Shown here in pieces: positions 37,361 to 48,278 of a DNA stretch of 64,000 nt. Source of the stretch: an uncultured Gammaproteobacteria bacterium (lineage in GTDB: Bacteria > Patescibacteriota > Microgenomatia > UBA8517); contig CAYSAY010000002.1 in NCBI GenBank assembly GCA_964429215.1, positions 33,812-97,811 on the forward strand. Direction: 5' to 3'. Each line of letters opens with the position of its first letter. Position 1 is the stretch's first letter. Below the pieces are notes generated by a model that saw only the letters and a list, made by a program, of their open reading frames with translations, made no database searches and had not been told where the DNA came from. The position numbers and the translations under genes are program-made.

Positions 37361-37797
37361 TGACTAGATTATTTGATATTATGCTCTGGCCATTTATGTG
37401 GATTCTTGGCGGATTTAACTTTCCTGTCCAGGAAACACATGCTTGGCATGTTAAAAAGCATAATTGGGGAAAACAAAAGGGATTAGTCGTTAAAGAAGTT
37501 GATAAAAAAGCATTGTTTGGGCATGAAGCCCCATTTGGACTTTTTCATATGCCGATATTTGGCGGTTTAACCAAGTATGTCGTAATTGAAGCTTCAGGAC
37601 ATAATAATTATTGGCAAATTGGATGGGAAGAAAATTTACATTCATTACCCATTAAACAAAAAAGAATTGCAATGCTTGTGGGTAAAAGGGGTTTTGTGGC
37701 ATATGGACTTGGTGATACTGGACAAAAGTTAAATTTGAAAATTGTTGGATTTGGAGAACTTGGAGACGGAAAGTATAATGAGATAAGATTATTTTAA
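37360..37797 (+). CDS. hypothetical protein
   Basis: 145 aa ORF lying between LemA and HtpX. Confidence 0.35.
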   Translation: MTRLFDIMLWPFMWILGGFNFPVQETHAWHVKKHNWGKQKGLVVKEVDKKALFGHEAPFGLFHMPIFGGLTKYVVIEASGHNNYWQIGWEENLHSLPIKQKRIAMLVGKRGFVAYGLGDTGQKLNLKIVGFGELGDGKYNEIRLF

Positions 37798-38730
37798 ATG
37801 CAGAATATATATGAAGTTTCTCAAAGTAATAAAATAAAAAGTGGTGTAATTACCACTGCATTCTTTTTGTTTTCAGTTGTTGCTATTTATTTTATTTCTC
37901 AAGCTTTTGGCTATTATAATGGTTATGAAGTTGGTGGATTTGGATACGTTGGCGTTGCTTTAATCGTATCTGGTGTATCTACTTTTGTCAGTTATTATTA
38001 CTCAGATAAAATTGTATTAAGTATATCCGGTGCTAGGGTTGCTAATTCTACAGAAGATAAAATGTTTACTTCTGTTGCCCAGAATTTATGTATTGGTGCA
38101 GGGATACCAATGCCTAAATTGTATGTTATAGAAGATACTGCCCCAAATGCATTTGCAACTGGTAGGGATCCAGACCATGCAGTTATTTGTGTTACAACTG
38201 GTTTATTATCAAAGTTAAATAGAACTGAACTCGAAGGAGTAGTTGCTCATGAGTTAACTCATGTAAAAAATTATGATATTCGATTAATGAGTATTGTCTC
38301 AGTAATGGTTGGATTAATTGCATTATTAGGAGATTGGTTTTTTAGAGCTAGACTATTTGGAGGAGGAAAAAGCAGAGATAATGATAATAACCAATTGGGG
38401 GCGATAATAATGGTTATAGGAATTTTATTTGCGATACTTTCACCAATTATTGCAACTTTAATACAACTGGCCATATCTCGTCGTCGTGAATTTATGGCTG
38501 ATGCTGGATCAGTAGAAATTACCAGACAACCACAAGGGTTAATGTCGGCACTTGCAAAGATTTCTGCTGACACTGAACCATTGGAAGCTGCTAACAAGGC
38601 TACTGCTCATTTATATATTATTAATCCTTTTAAAATGGGAATTAGTGGAAATGTCGGTCGTTTTGCTAATTTATTTAATACGCACCCTGCGATTGCAGAT
38701 AGAATAGCAACACTTCAAAAAATGAGTTAG
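37798..38730 (+). CDS. htpX: M48 family metallopeptidase HtpX homolog
   Basis: HELTHVKNYD (HExxH), TM helices, M48 topology. Confidence 0.7.
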   Translation: MQNIYEVSQSNKIKSGVITTAFFLFSVVAIYFISQAFGYYNGYEVGGFGYVGVALIVSGVSTFVSYYYSDKIVLSISGARVANSTEDKMFTSVAQNLCIGAGIPMPKLYVIEDTAPNAFATGRDPDHAVICVTTGLLSKLNRTELEGVVAHELTHVKNYDIRLMSIVSVMVGLIALLGDWFFRARLFGGGKSRDNDNNQLGAIIMVIGILFAILSPIIATLIQLAISRRREFMADAGSVEITRQPQGLMSALAKISADTEPLEAANKATAHLYIINPFKMGISGNVGRFANLFNTHPAIADRIATLQKMS

Positions 38731-39057
38731 TTGAAGTATGATATCAATATGGCAAAGTTAACAAAAAAGGACGTACTCCATGTCGCAGAACTAAGTAACT
38801 TAACGCTTAGTGATGCTGAAATTAAAAAATTTACTCCACAGCTTGATAAAATAATTGACTTCGTAGCGAAGCTTTCTGAAGTTGATACTGAAGGCGTTGC
38901 TCCAACAAGCCAAACAACTGGGATTACCAACGTTACTCGCGAAGATGTTGTAATAAGTGAAAACGGTTTGAGTCAAGATGAAGCACTTAGTGGAACTGAT
39001 GGACATAATGGTTACTTTAAGGTAAAAGCGATTCTGAAGAATCGTAGTAGTATGTAG
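38731..39057 (+). CDS. gatC: Asp-tRNA(Asn)/Glu-tRNA(Gln) amidotransferase subunit C
   Basis: ~100 aa with the GatC pattern (LSNLTLSDAEIKKFTPQLDKIIDFV...VDTEGVAP), immediately upstream of gatA/gatB. Confidence 0.7.
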   Translation: MKYDINMAKLTKKDVLHVAELSNLTLSDAEIKKFTPQLDKIIDFVAKLSEVDTEGVAPTSQTTGITNVTREDVVISENGLSQDEALSGTDGHNGYFKVKAILKNRSSM

Positions 39058-39072
39058 TATGTAGAAAGTAGT

Positions 39073-40458
39073 ATGCAAACACAAACGCCATTAACAATAA
39101 AAGAGACACAGGACGGATTAAAATCTAAAAAATTTAGTGCAGTGGAACTTGTTGATGCATATTTGGCACAAATTAATAAATATAATAGTGATTACAACGT
39201 TTTTTTGACAGTTACTGAGGAAGAGGCTTATAAAAAAGCAAAGGAGTTAGATAAGGTTGGTTTATATGCTTCCCCGTTGTCAGGAGTTGTCACTTCATAC
39301 AAAGATATATTTTTGACTAAAGGGGTAAGGACCACTGCAGCGTCTAAAATTTTGGATAGCTATATTCCACAGTACTCTGCAACGAGTGTTAAAAAAATCG
39401 ATGAGGCAGGTGGAATTATGATAGGAAAATTAAATTGTGATGCATTTGCACATGGTTCAAGTGGTGAAAATTCTGATTATGGTCCTACTTTAAATCCTTG
39501 GAATAAAGAGTACATTCCAGGTGGATCTTCATCTGGATCAGGAGCAGTCTTGTCTGCGAATATGAGTTTGATTTCAACTGGTACAGATACATGTGGATCA
39601 ATTAGGTTGCCTGCTAATTATGGTTACTCAGTTGCACTTAAACCAACATATGGAGCTGTGTCCCGATACGGTGTTATTGCAATGGCTTCTTCACTTGATA
39701 CTGTTGGTTCGTTAGGAAGATGTGTAGAAGATGTAGAAACAGTATTTAACGTTATTAAAGGTACTGACAATCTTGACGGTAATGTTACTGATCATAAAGC
39801 GACGTTCATTGATCACAAGTTTCGTATTGGAATTCCAAAAGAATTCTTTGTAGGTGGACTTGATAAGGAAATTGACAAAAATATTCAAGAAGCAATAAAT
39901 ATCTATAAAAAAGAGAATGTAGAATTCGTTGAGGTATCCTTGCCATCGACAAAATATGGAATATCTGTCTATTACATAATCCAACCCGCAGAAGTATCAA
40001 GTAACTTGGGAAGATTTGATGGAATTCGATATGGAAATGATAGAAATAGTTTTGGTGAAGAAGCAAAGAGAAGGATAATGCTTGGTAGCTACGTGCTTTC
40101 GGCAGGATATTATGATGCGTATTATGAAAAGGCAATGAAGGTTAGAACTATAATTAAAAATGAAGTTGATGAGGTGTTTACAAGGGTTGATGCCTTGATT
40201 GCACCAGTTGCACCAACACCTCCGTTTAAAATTGGTGAGAAGTCTGATGATCCGCTTGCAATGTATTTAACTGATATCTATGCAGCTACAGCTAATCTTT
40301 GCGGAATACCGTCAATTGCAATTCCTTCTGGTTTTAGTAACAAAAAGTTGCCTTTAGGCTTTCAATTAATGGGACCAAGGTTTGGTGAGGATACACTTTT
40401 TAAGTTAGGGAAAATATACGAAATGTCGACAAATTACAAACCGAAGGTGGCAATCTAA
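39073..40458 (+). CDS. gatA: Glu-tRNA(Gln) amidotransferase subunit A
   Basis: Amidase signature GGSSSGSGA, 461 aa, gatCAB order. Confidence 0.85.
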   Translation: MQTQTPLTIKETQDGLKSKKFSAVELVDAYLAQINKYNSDYNVFLTVTEEEAYKKAKELDKVGLYASPLSGVVTSYKDIFLTKGVRTTAASKILDSYIPQYSATSVKKIDEAGGIMIGKLNCDAFAHGSSGENSDYGPTLNPWNKEYIPGGSSSGSGAVLSANMSLISTGTDTCGSIRLPANYGYSVALKPTYGAVSRYGVIAMASSLDTVGSLGRCVEDVETVFNVIKGTDNLDGNVTDHKATFIDHKFRIGIPKEFFVGGLDKEIDKNIQEAINIYKKENVEFVEVSLPSTKYGISVYYIIQPAEVSSNLGRFDGIRYGNDRNSFGEEAKRRIMLGSYVLSAGYYDAYYEKAMKVRTIIKNEVDEVFTRVDALIAPVAPTPPFKIGEKSDDPLAMYLTDIYAATANLCGIPSIAIPSGFSNKKLPLGFQLMGPRFGEDTLFKLGKIYEMSTNYKPKVAI

Positions 40459-40473
40459 GAATTTATAAATTAT

Positions 40474-41757
40474 ATGAAATATATAACAATTATTGGGCTT
40501 GAAATACATATAGAACCAAATACAAAATCTAAAATGTTTTGTAGTTGTTCTCAAAACCATTTTGGAGCTAAGCCAAATAGCCAAACTTGTCCAATTTGTT
40601 TAGGTCTCCCTGGTGCGCTTCCGATTGCAAACAAAGAAGCGATTAGAAAAGTTATTCAACTTGGTTTAGCGTTAGGATCTACTATTAGTGATAAAAGTAA
40701 TTTTTACAGAAAGCATTATTTTTACCCTGATTTAGCAAAAAGTTTCCAAACAAGTCAAAAGGATAATCCTTATTGTATCGGTGGTGAGTTAATGGGTAAG
40801 CAAATTAATCATATTCACCTGGAAGAGGATGCAGGTAAATTAATTCATGACACTTTAAATGGAGAAAAAGTGTCGCTAGTCGATTTTAATCGTTGTGGCT
40901 GTGCATTAATTGAAATGGTTACAGAACCAGTATTCCACAGTGTTTTAGAGGTTATAAGCTTTACGAAGGAACTTCAGTTAATTGCAAAGTACTTGGATAT
41001 TAGTAATGCTGATATGGAAAAAGGAACAATGAGACTGGAGGCAAATATATCACTTTCAAAAGATGGTTCACTACCTGATTACAAAGTTGAACTTAAAAAT
41101 ATTAATAGTTTTAAGTTTTTGGAGAAAGCACTAAATGCTGAAATTGAAAGACAAACTATTGCACTTGATAGTGGTGAAAAATTAGTACAGGAGACTAGAG
41201 GTTATGATGAAAATACAAAGAAAACTTTTTCTCAAAGAGTGAAGGCAGATTCTAACGATTATCGATATTTTCCAGAAGCAGATCTTCCCCCTGTAGATAG
41301 TACAGAGTACAAAGTACTGAGTACACAGATAGAACTTCCACAACAAAAGAGAGAAAGGTTTGAGAATGAATATAAACTTTCAAAAGATTATATAGAAATA
41401 TTAGTTTCAGATATATCTAGGGCAAATTATTTTGAGAGTGCAGTAAAACTTGCTCCTGACTTAACAAAGTCAGTTGTAGATTTAATGATTAACAAGCAAC
41501 TTGATAAAGAATATCCTGAACCAGCAGGACTTGTTAAAAAAATAAGGGAAATAACAAATGTTGTTTATGCGACAGCGACAGAAGTTGAAGAATCCATTGA
41601 AAAAGTATTGTCAGAAAATCCTGATGTTGTTACATCTTACAAAAATGGTAAAGGTCAAGTTGTGGGATTTTTGATAGGGCAAGTACAGAAAAAATTACAA
41701 GGTAAAGGTAACACTAAATTAATTACTGAAAAAATTATTCAACAAATAAATGCCTAG
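40474..41757 (+). CDS. gatB: Asp-tRNA(Asn)/Glu-tRNA(Gln) amidotransferase subunit B
   Basis: N-terminal IGLEIHIE...FCSC and overall GatB pattern. Confidence 0.85.
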   Translation: MKYITIIGLEIHIEPNTKSKMFCSCSQNHFGAKPNSQTCPICLGLPGALPIANKEAIRKVIQLGLALGSTISDKSNFYRKHYFYPDLAKSFQTSQKDNPYCIGGELMGKQINHIHLEEDAGKLIHDTLNGEKVSLVDFNRCGCALIEMVTEPVFHSVLEVISFTKELQLIAKYLDISNADMEKGTMRLEANISLSKDGSLPDYKVELKNINSFKFLEKALNAEIERQTIALDSGEKLVQETRGYDENTKKTFSQRVKADSNDYRYFPEADLPPVDSTEYKVLSTQIELPQQKRERFENEYKLSKDYIEILVSDISRANYFESAVKLAPDLTKSVVDLMINKQLDKEYPEPAGLVKKIREITNVVYATATEVEESIEKVLSENPDVVTSYKNGKGQVVGFLIGQVQKKLQGKGNTKLITEKIIQQINA

Positions 41758-42949
41758 GAAATTTTTTTTACTTTGGATATCACAAATCCTTTCTCAAGTA
41801 ACTTTAAACGTACTTAATTTTTTACTTTTAGCACGATTATTTGATGTTACACAATCTTCGATTGCGACTTCACTTTTGTGGGTTGCTTATGCATTACCTA
41901 CGATATTTTTTGGCCCGATTGGTGCCAGTTTTGCTGATTTACTAAGTAGAAGAAAGACACTTATGATTACTAACTTTTTGCAAGCACTTGTTATATTTAT
42001 ATTTATATTTACTCATACTTATTCAATATTTTTACTTTTTGCTGTTATTATTTCTTATTCATTTTTAAATCAATTTTATGTACCTGCTGAGATAGCTAGT
42101 TTGCCGTCACTTGTCCCTGAATCTAAACTTTCTAAAGCTAATAGTATGTTTTTTTTGACCCAACAATTATCACTTATAGTTGGGTTTGGGTTTGCAGGAT
42201 TAATTGAAAATTGGATTGGGTTTAACGGTGCCTTGATTTTATGTTCCACATTACTTTTTGTAGCATTTATTAGTGTTTCTTTTCTGCCTAAATTAAATCC
42301 AGTTGCAAAAGTACCTAAAAATTGGGAAGAACTAATAAAAGTTTTTTTAAATCATATATTAGAAGGATATAGGTTTATAAAAAATATGAAGTCAGTTTTT
42401 TATCCTCTAGGACTACTATTTGTAATCCAAGTAGGTCTAACTATCGTTATTGCTAATTTGCCAATAATAGCAAATGAGATTTTGAATGTACCAACTAATT
42501 TAGCAGGATTGTATGTTGTTGTACCTGCTGGTATAGGAGCTACACTTGGGTCATTTTTAATAAATAAAATGGTTAAAAATAAGTGGAGAAAAAAGAAAAT
42601 GATTGATATAAGTTTAGGACTTTTGGGGGTATCTGTCCTTGGATTAATTTTTGGTAAGGTTATGACTTCGTCTTTATTTATTGTACTTATTGGAATAGGA
42701 TTTGTGGGAGTTAACATCCCCACTTTAACTTTTCTGCAAGAAGTAACTCCTGAGTGGTTAAGAGGAAGGGTGTTTGGAAACTTATTTTTCATAATTACAA
42801 TTACAACTATATTACCTGTAATCTTTTCTGGAGTAATTTCAGAATTTTTTGGAGTAAAAACCCTCTTAACAATTTTAGCTCTTGGTGTTATTCTAATTCT
42901 GACCTTTTCACTTAATAAAGGCCAAAAACTAATACAAGAAAATTTTTAA
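41750..42949 (+). CDS. MFS transporter
   Basis: 399 aa, 12 predicted TM segments. Confidence 0.6.
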   Translation: MPRKFFLLWISQILSQVTLNVLNFLLLARLFDVTQSSIATSLLWVAYALPTIFFGPIGASFADLLSRRKTLMITNFLQALVIFIFIFTHTYSIFLLFAVIISYSFLNQFYVPAEIASLPSLVPESKLSKANSMFFLTQQLSLIVGFGFAGLIENWIGFNGALILCSTLLFVAFISVSFLPKLNPVAKVPKNWEELIKVFLNHILEGYRFIKNMKSVFYPLGLLFVIQVGLTIVIANLPIIANEILNVPTNLAGLYVVVPAGIGATLGSFLINKMVKNKWRKKKMIDISLGLLGVSVLGLIFGKVMTSSLFIVLIGIGFVGVNIPTLTFLQEVTPEWLRGRVFGNLFFIITITTILPVIFSGVISEFFGVKTLLTILALGVILILTFSLNKGQKLIQENF

Positions 42950-42950
42950 A

Positions 42951-43580
42951 ATGGATAAAAGGATTAATTATACAAGTCATTACATTAAGGAAAATCTTGT
43001 TGTTAGAAAACCGATACCCCGTGCTGAAAGAAAATTATTGAATAAATTAAATATTGCAGAGGAGGCCGCTAAAAGAAATAATACTACTGATTTTTTGACA
43101 GGATTACCTGATCGTAATCAATTAGCTATTGATCTTGCTGACGCTGAAAAAAAATTAAGAGATGGCAAATCTACGTATGCAGTTGTCTTTTTTGATGTTG
43201 ATAATTTAAAAAAAGTTAATGATCAACTAGGTCATTCAGAAGGTGATAGTTTGTTGGTAAGAATCTCGACAATTTTAAAGTATTGTGTCCGTGATAATGA
43301 TGCATTATATAAAATTGGAGGAGACGAAATGATTGTGCTTTTGCGTGACATAGATCCAGACAGCGTTGATGCTGTTTGTACAGGATTAATGAAAGCTGCT
43401 AAAACAAATCTTTGGCATCAACTCAAGATATTAAAAAATGATGCATATAAAGATGTCGGGTTGTCCGCTGGCTATGCCACACCAATCGGAGATGAAAGTG
43501 CTACTGATGTGTTTAAACGATCAGATGCTAATATGTATTTAGATAAGCAACACAGAAAGGCCTACCGAACTAGTGACTAA
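42951..43580 (+). CDS. GGDEF-domain diguanylate cyclase (standalone)
   Basis: FLTGLPDRNQL, VVFFDVDNLKKVND, GHSEGD, IGGDEM active-site motif. Confidence 0.65.
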   Translation: MDKRINYTSHYIKENLVVRKPIPRAERKLLNKLNIAEEAAKRNNTTDFLTGLPDRNQLAIDLADAEKKLRDGKSTYAVVFFDVDNLKKVNDQLGHSEGDSLLVRISTILKYCVRDNDALYKIGGDEMIVLLRDIDPDSVDAVCTGLMKAAKTNLWHQLKILKNDAYKDVGLSAGYATPIGDESATDVFKRSDANMYLDKQHRKAYRTSD

Positions 43581-46500
43581 ATTTGTTCATCTTCACAATC
43601 ATACAGAATATTCACTTCTTGATGGGCTTTCGAGAATTAAAAAACTTTTCGCTCACATTAAAGCAAATGAAATGGATGCTGTGGCAATCACTGATCATGG
43701 AACTATGTATGGTGCTGTGGAGTTTTTTAAAGAAGGAAAGAAACAGGAGGTAAAACCTATTATTGGCCTTGAAGGGTATATAACTCGTGATATGAATTCA
43801 AAAATTAAAGATAATTTTCATGTTACCTTGCTTGCTAAAAACTATGAAGGTTATAAAAATTTGATGAGATTAACTTCTATTGCACACATTGAAGGATATT
43901 ATTATAAACCGAGATTTACTAAAGAAATTTTAGAGAAGCATAAAGAAGGAATTATTTGTTTTTCAGGTTGTCCTGCTGCAGAAATACCTCAATATTTAAT
44001 TGATGGAAACTATGAAGAAGCCAAAAAACTAACAGAGTGGTATGCAAGTACCTTTAAAGATGATTTTTATGTTGAAATTCAAAGACACGCGTATGAAAAA
44101 ATTATTCCTGGTATTGCAGTTCAGGAACTTAAGGCAACACTTCAACGAGTTGCTGATGAAGGCAAAAAAGTTGAAGAAGGAGTAATTAAATTATCAAGAG
44201 ATTTAGGAATTCCTCTAGTTGCAACAAATGATGCACACTATATCAAAAAAGAAGATGCTGAAGCTCAAGATGCACTCCTATGTATAGCCACTGGCAAAAA
44301 TGTATCAGATCTTAAGAGAATGAGATACATTGATAATCCTGATTTTTATGTTAAAAGTCCTGATGAAATGATTGAAATATTTAAGGACTTACCTGATGCT
44401 ATAGAAAATACAGTCAAGATTGCTGATAAATGTGAGGTTGAAATACCTATCGGAGCTTGGTCATTTCCAAAATATAACTTACCTGCTGGTAAAACTGATG
44501 CAGGATATCTTGAAGAATTGGCCTGGGAAGCTTTACCTAAAAAGGTTGATGAAGTAACAGAAGAGGCAAAAGAGAGATTAAAATATGAATTAAGCGTTAT
44601 TAATACCAAAGGTTATTCTCCTTACTTTTTAATTGTCCGTGATATGGTTAATTGGTGTGCTCGTAATGGAATTATTACAAATACTAGAGGTAGTGCTGCA
44701 GGTTCACTTGCATCGTTCGTATTAGGTATTACAACAGTTAACCCTCTTATTTATAATTTGCCTTTTGAACGTTTTTTAAATCCTTATAGACCTTCACCCC
44801 CTGATATTGACTTTGATATTTCTGATAATCGTAGGGATGACGTAATTAAATATATCTCAGACACTTACGGAGCTGAAAAGACTGCACAGATTTGTACATT
44901 TGGAAGAATGTTAACGAAGGCTGCTGTAAGGGATATTGCTAGAGTATTGGGCTATCCGTACGCCACAGGAGACAAAATAGCAAAGCTTGTTCCTTTAGGT
45001 GCGCAAGGACACCCTATGACTTTTGAGAGAGCTCTAAATGAAACTCCTGACCTTAAGGCGTTATATGAAAGTGATGCTGATACAAAGAAGATTATTGATC
45101 TTGCAAAAGCTGTTGAAGGTAATGCAAGACATTTGTCTGTTCATGCTGCTGGAGTCGTTGTTGCACCAACAGTAATTACTGATTTTGCTCCGATTCAAAA
45201 AGAAACAGGTGGAGAAAAAATTATTACTCAATATGAAATGCATGCTTGTGAAGATGTGGGGCTCATAAAATTTGACGTCTTGGGAATTCGAAATTTATCA
45301 ATTCTTGGAAATGCAATTCAAATTGTGAAAGATATACAAGGAATTGATATCAATTTGCATGATGTTCCAATCGATGGATCAAAGGATGAACGTGCTAAAA
45401 AAACATTTGAAATGCTTTCTCGTGGAGAAACAATGGGAACATTTCAATTAAATGGTGGAGGGATGACAAAGTTTTTGAAAGAACTTAAACCTGAAAGAGT
45501 TGAAGACATCATGGCCATGGTGGCACTTTACAGGCCTGGTCCTATGGCAGTTATACCTGAATATATTGCTAGGAAAAATGATCCTAGTTTAATTAAGTTT
45601 TTAGATCCTAGGATGGAGAAATTTTTAAATATGTCATACGGATTAATTGTTTATCAAGATGATCTTTTATTTTCTGCTATTGACCTTGCTGGTTATACCT
45701 GGGAAGAAGCTGATAAATTCAGAAAAGCAGTTGGAAAGAAAATTCCAGAGGAAATGGCAGCCCAACGCGAGAAGTTTGAATCTGGAATTATGAATAATGG
45801 GCAGACGAAAGAATTTGCTGAAAAGTTGTGGAAACTTTTTGAACCTTTCCAGTCATACGGATTCAATAAAGCTCACGCAGCCTCTTATGGAATGGTTGCT
45901 TATTACACTTCTTATATGAAAGCTAATTACCCTGCAGAATATATGAATGCTCTACTTTCTGCGGAAAGCTCAGATGCTATTAAGGTAAGCCAAGCAGTTC
46001 ATGAGTGTAGAAGGATGGGTATAAATGTTTTGGTTCCTGATATTAATGAATCTAATTTAGATTTTTCTATTTCGACCGACGAGACTTCTTTGAATAATAA
46101 AGCTATTCGGTTTGGATTGTCTGCAATTAAAAATGTAGGAAACGTGGCAATTGAAATTATTTTAGAAGCTAGAAAGGCTGGTCCATTTTTAACTTTTATG
46201 GATTTTATTAATAGGGTTGATGCTAGAAAGGTAAACAAGAGGGTTTTGGAAAGCCTTATTAAAGTTGGGGCTATGGATAAGTTTGGAAAAAGAACTGCAC
46301 TTCTTGCTGCAATTGACCTTGTTAAGGCAAAGCTTTCAAAGCCAAAAGAAAATAATGGACAATCTGGATTATTTGCTGAAACAGATATGGCAAAAACATC
46401 CGCATTTGTTACTGATTCTTCAATTATTGATAATTCTGTAGACGATTATACAGATGAAGAAAGGGAAAATTTTGAGAGAGAACTGTTGGGTTTTTCTATT

Positions 46501-47037
46501 TCTGCCAAACCTATTAACGAACTACTTGATCCGTTGGAAGATGAAATTACTTGTAGAATCTGTGATATTGACCCTGAAGAGCAAAAAGGGAAAGAAATAA
46601 CTCTTGCTGTTGTTATACGTGAAGTTAGAGTTATTTTAACTAAAAAGAATAATTCAGAAATGGCTTTTGTAAAAGCTGAAGATACATCAGGTTCTGTAGA
46701 TGTTGTAGTTTTTCCTAAGCTCTATCAGACGACAAAAAATTTGTTGCTCGATGGAAAAGTGGTACTAATTTCTGGTAAAGCTGATTTGAGAGAGGATGAA
46801 ATATCATTTTTGGTTGAAAAAATGATTGAAGTTAAACATGATAGTAGTCATCTTGTTACTATCCCTGCAGGTACAAAACAAGATAAATTATTAAAATTAA
46901 AGGAGCTATTTGATAATAATCTAGGAGAAGATCTAATCTCTCTTTATTTTGAAGTGGACCAAAGAAAAATCCTTGCAAAACAGAAAGTCGTATGGAGTGG
47001 GGAACTGGAAAAAGAGATTAGGAAAATTTTGATATAA
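43573..47037 (+). CDS. dnaE: DNA polymerase III alpha subunit
   Basis: N-terminal PHP domain FVHLHNHTEYSLLDG; 1154 aa. Confidence 0.9.
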   Translation: MTKFVHLHNHTEYSLLDGLSRIKKLFAHIKANEMDAVAITDHGTMYGAVEFFKEGKKQEVKPIIGLEGYITRDMNSKIKDNFHVTLLAKNYEGYKNLMRLTSIAHIEGYYYKPRFTKEILEKHKEGIICFSGCPAAEIPQYLIDGNYEEAKKLTEWYASTFKDDFYVEIQRHAYEKIIPGIAVQELKATLQRVADEGKKVEEGVIKLSRDLGIPLVATNDAHYIKKEDAEAQDALLCIATGKNVSDLKRMRYIDNPDFYVKSPDEMIEIFKDLPDAIENTVKIADKCEVEIPIGAWSFPKYNLPAGKTDAGYLEELAWEALPKKVDEVTEEAKERLKYELSVINTKGYSPYFLIVRDMVNWCARNGIITNTRGSAAGSLASFVLGITTVNPLIYNLPFERFLNPYRPSPPDIDFDISDNRRDDVIKYISDTYGAEKTAQICTFGRMLTKAAVRDIARVLGYPYATGDKIAKLVPLGAQGHPMTFERALNETPDLKALYESDADTKKIIDLAKAVEGNARHLSVHAAGVVVAPTVITDFAPIQKETGGEKIITQYEMHACEDVGLIKFDVLGIRNLSILGNAIQIVKDIQGIDINLHDVPIDGSKDERAKKTFEMLSRGETMGTFQLNGGGMTKFLKELKPERVEDIMAMVALYRPGPMAVIPEYIARKNDPSLIKFLDPRMEKFLNMSYGLIVYQDDLLFSAIDLAGYTWEEADKFRKAVGKKIPEEMAAQREKFESGIMNNGQTKEFAEKLWKLFEPFQSYGFNKAHAASYGMVAYYTSYMKANYPAEYMNALLSAESSDAIKVSQAVHECRRMGINVLVPDINESNLDFSISTDETSLNNKAIRFGLSAIKNVGNVAIEIILEARKAGPFLTFMDFINRVDARKVNKRVLESLIKVGAMDKFGKRTALLAAIDLVKAKLSKPKENNGQSGLFAETDMAKTSAFVTDSSIIDNSVDDYTDEERENFERELLGFSISAKPINELLDPLEDEITCRICDIDPEEQKGKEITLAVVIREVRVILTKKNNSEMAFVKAEDTSGSVDVVVFPKLYQTTKNLLLDGKVVLISGKADLREDEISFLVEKMIEVKHDSSHLVTIPAGTKQDKLLKLKELFDNNLGEDLISLYFEVDQRKILAKQKVVWSGELEKEIRKILI

Positions 47038-47045
47038 TAAATATT

Positions 47046-47468
47046 ATGAATAAAACAAAAATAAATTCTAGAGAATTTGCCGAGCGACTTGGATCTTATT
47101 CTCACGGGTATAAAATAGATTTTGGAGACTCAGAAATGATATTTACGACCGGGCAGATTGGACTGGACAAAAAGGGAGACGTGGTTTTTCCTGAAAGTAT
47201 TACTAAACAAACAGAATTTGTATTTGAAAGCTTGAAAAAAATATTAGCAGAAGCTGGTGCAGATTTTGACGATGTCGTCAAGGCTGTTATATATGTTACT
47301 GATATGAATTTATTTTCTGAGATATCTAAGGTTAGAAATAAATATTTTAAGAATTCAGAACCAGTATCGACATTGGTAGAAGTAAGTAGACTTGTTAAGG
47401 ATGGTTGCCATATTGAGATAGAGCTTGTCGCCGTAAAGAATAAATTAAAGGAAACTAGAGGAATTTAG
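47046..47468 (+). CDS. ridA: RidA/YjgF family protein
   Basis: 140 aa with the typical RidA pattern (FTTGQIGLD..., VKAVIYVTDMNLF). Confidence 0.65.
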   Translation: MNKTKINSREFAERLGSYSHGYKIDFGDSEMIFTTGQIGLDKKGDVVFPESITKQTEFVFESLKKILAEAGADFDDVVKAVIYVTDMNLFSEISKVRNKYFKNSEPVSTLVEVSRLVKDGCHIEIELVAVKNKLKETRGI

Positions 47469-47532
47469 GGGAAATCTGAACAGTGTGCTAAATTCCTCCT
47501 TTAAATTCCCTTAAAATCCCCTAATATTAATT

Positions 47533-48246
47533 ATGGACCCTGTGATACAGGCTCAGATTGATAAAACCATGCAAGAGCTTGGTCAGTCAACTAAACCAAG
47601 AGAAAGGTCAAGGATTTCAAAAACTTCAAATGGATATATTTTCTTAATTGCTTGGGCAAATGCAAGTTTGCTTCGTGTTTTAGCTACCAGGTTTACAGAT
47701 TCACTTCCAAGATCTTTATATCGCTTAAAATCGCAACTGGATGATGCATGTAGGTCAGTTGTAGCTAATATTGAAGAAGGGTATGCAAGACAAACAACAT
47801 CTGAATATATAAATTTTTTGGGATACTCAAGAGCAAGTTTAATAGAAGTCAAAGGCGATCTTCAAAGAAGTTTGCAGGATGGTATTTTGGATTCTGCAGT
47901 AGGATCAAGTCTTTTAGATCTAAAAGTAAATTTGGCTGATTGGCATGAAGTATTGAAAAGGACCGTTGTTTCAAAGCCAAACGAAATTAAAGGATTTTGC
48001 GGGAAGTTAAAGGAACTTAGGCTAAAGCGTGGATATACCCAGAGTCCGTTATATACCTTTAAATTCCTATATAAACCTGTAGATAATTTGAAAGTACAAG
48101 ATTTAACTTTTGAAATATTTATCGAACTTGTAAACAAAACTGATTGGAATATTAGAAAATTAATAGAATCTCTTGAGAAGAAACTAAATTCCGATCAAAA
48201 ATTTTATCAAGTAGAGAAAATGCGAACATTTGAGAAATTTAAGTAA
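47533..48246 (+). CDS. four-helix-bundle protein (23S rRNA intervening-sequence protein family) with C-terminal extension
   Basis: ACRSVVANIEEGYARQTTSEYINFLGYSRASLIEVKGDLQ matches the family pattern. Confidence 0.5.
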   Translation: MDPVIQAQIDKTMQELGQSTKPRERSRISKTSNGYIFLIAWANASLLRVLATRFTDSLPRSLYRLKSQLDDACRSVVANIEEGYARQTTSEYINFLGYSRASLIEVKGDLQRSLQDGILDSAVGSSLLDLKVNLADWHEVLKRTVVSKPNEIKGFCGKLKELRLKRGYTQSPLYTFKFLYKPVDNLKVQDLTFEIFIELVNKTDWNIRKLIESLEKKLNSDQKFYQVEKMRTFEKFK

Positions 48247-48278
48247 CCTAATAGTTAAGACTTTTCAGAAGGAAGTAT

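Noticed and set aside
42400-42792. ORF 42400..42792 (-) and similar antisense ORFs inside dnaE, ppsA and the phosphohexomutase gene
   Set aside because: Each is embedded antisense in a conserved gene, with no independent support.
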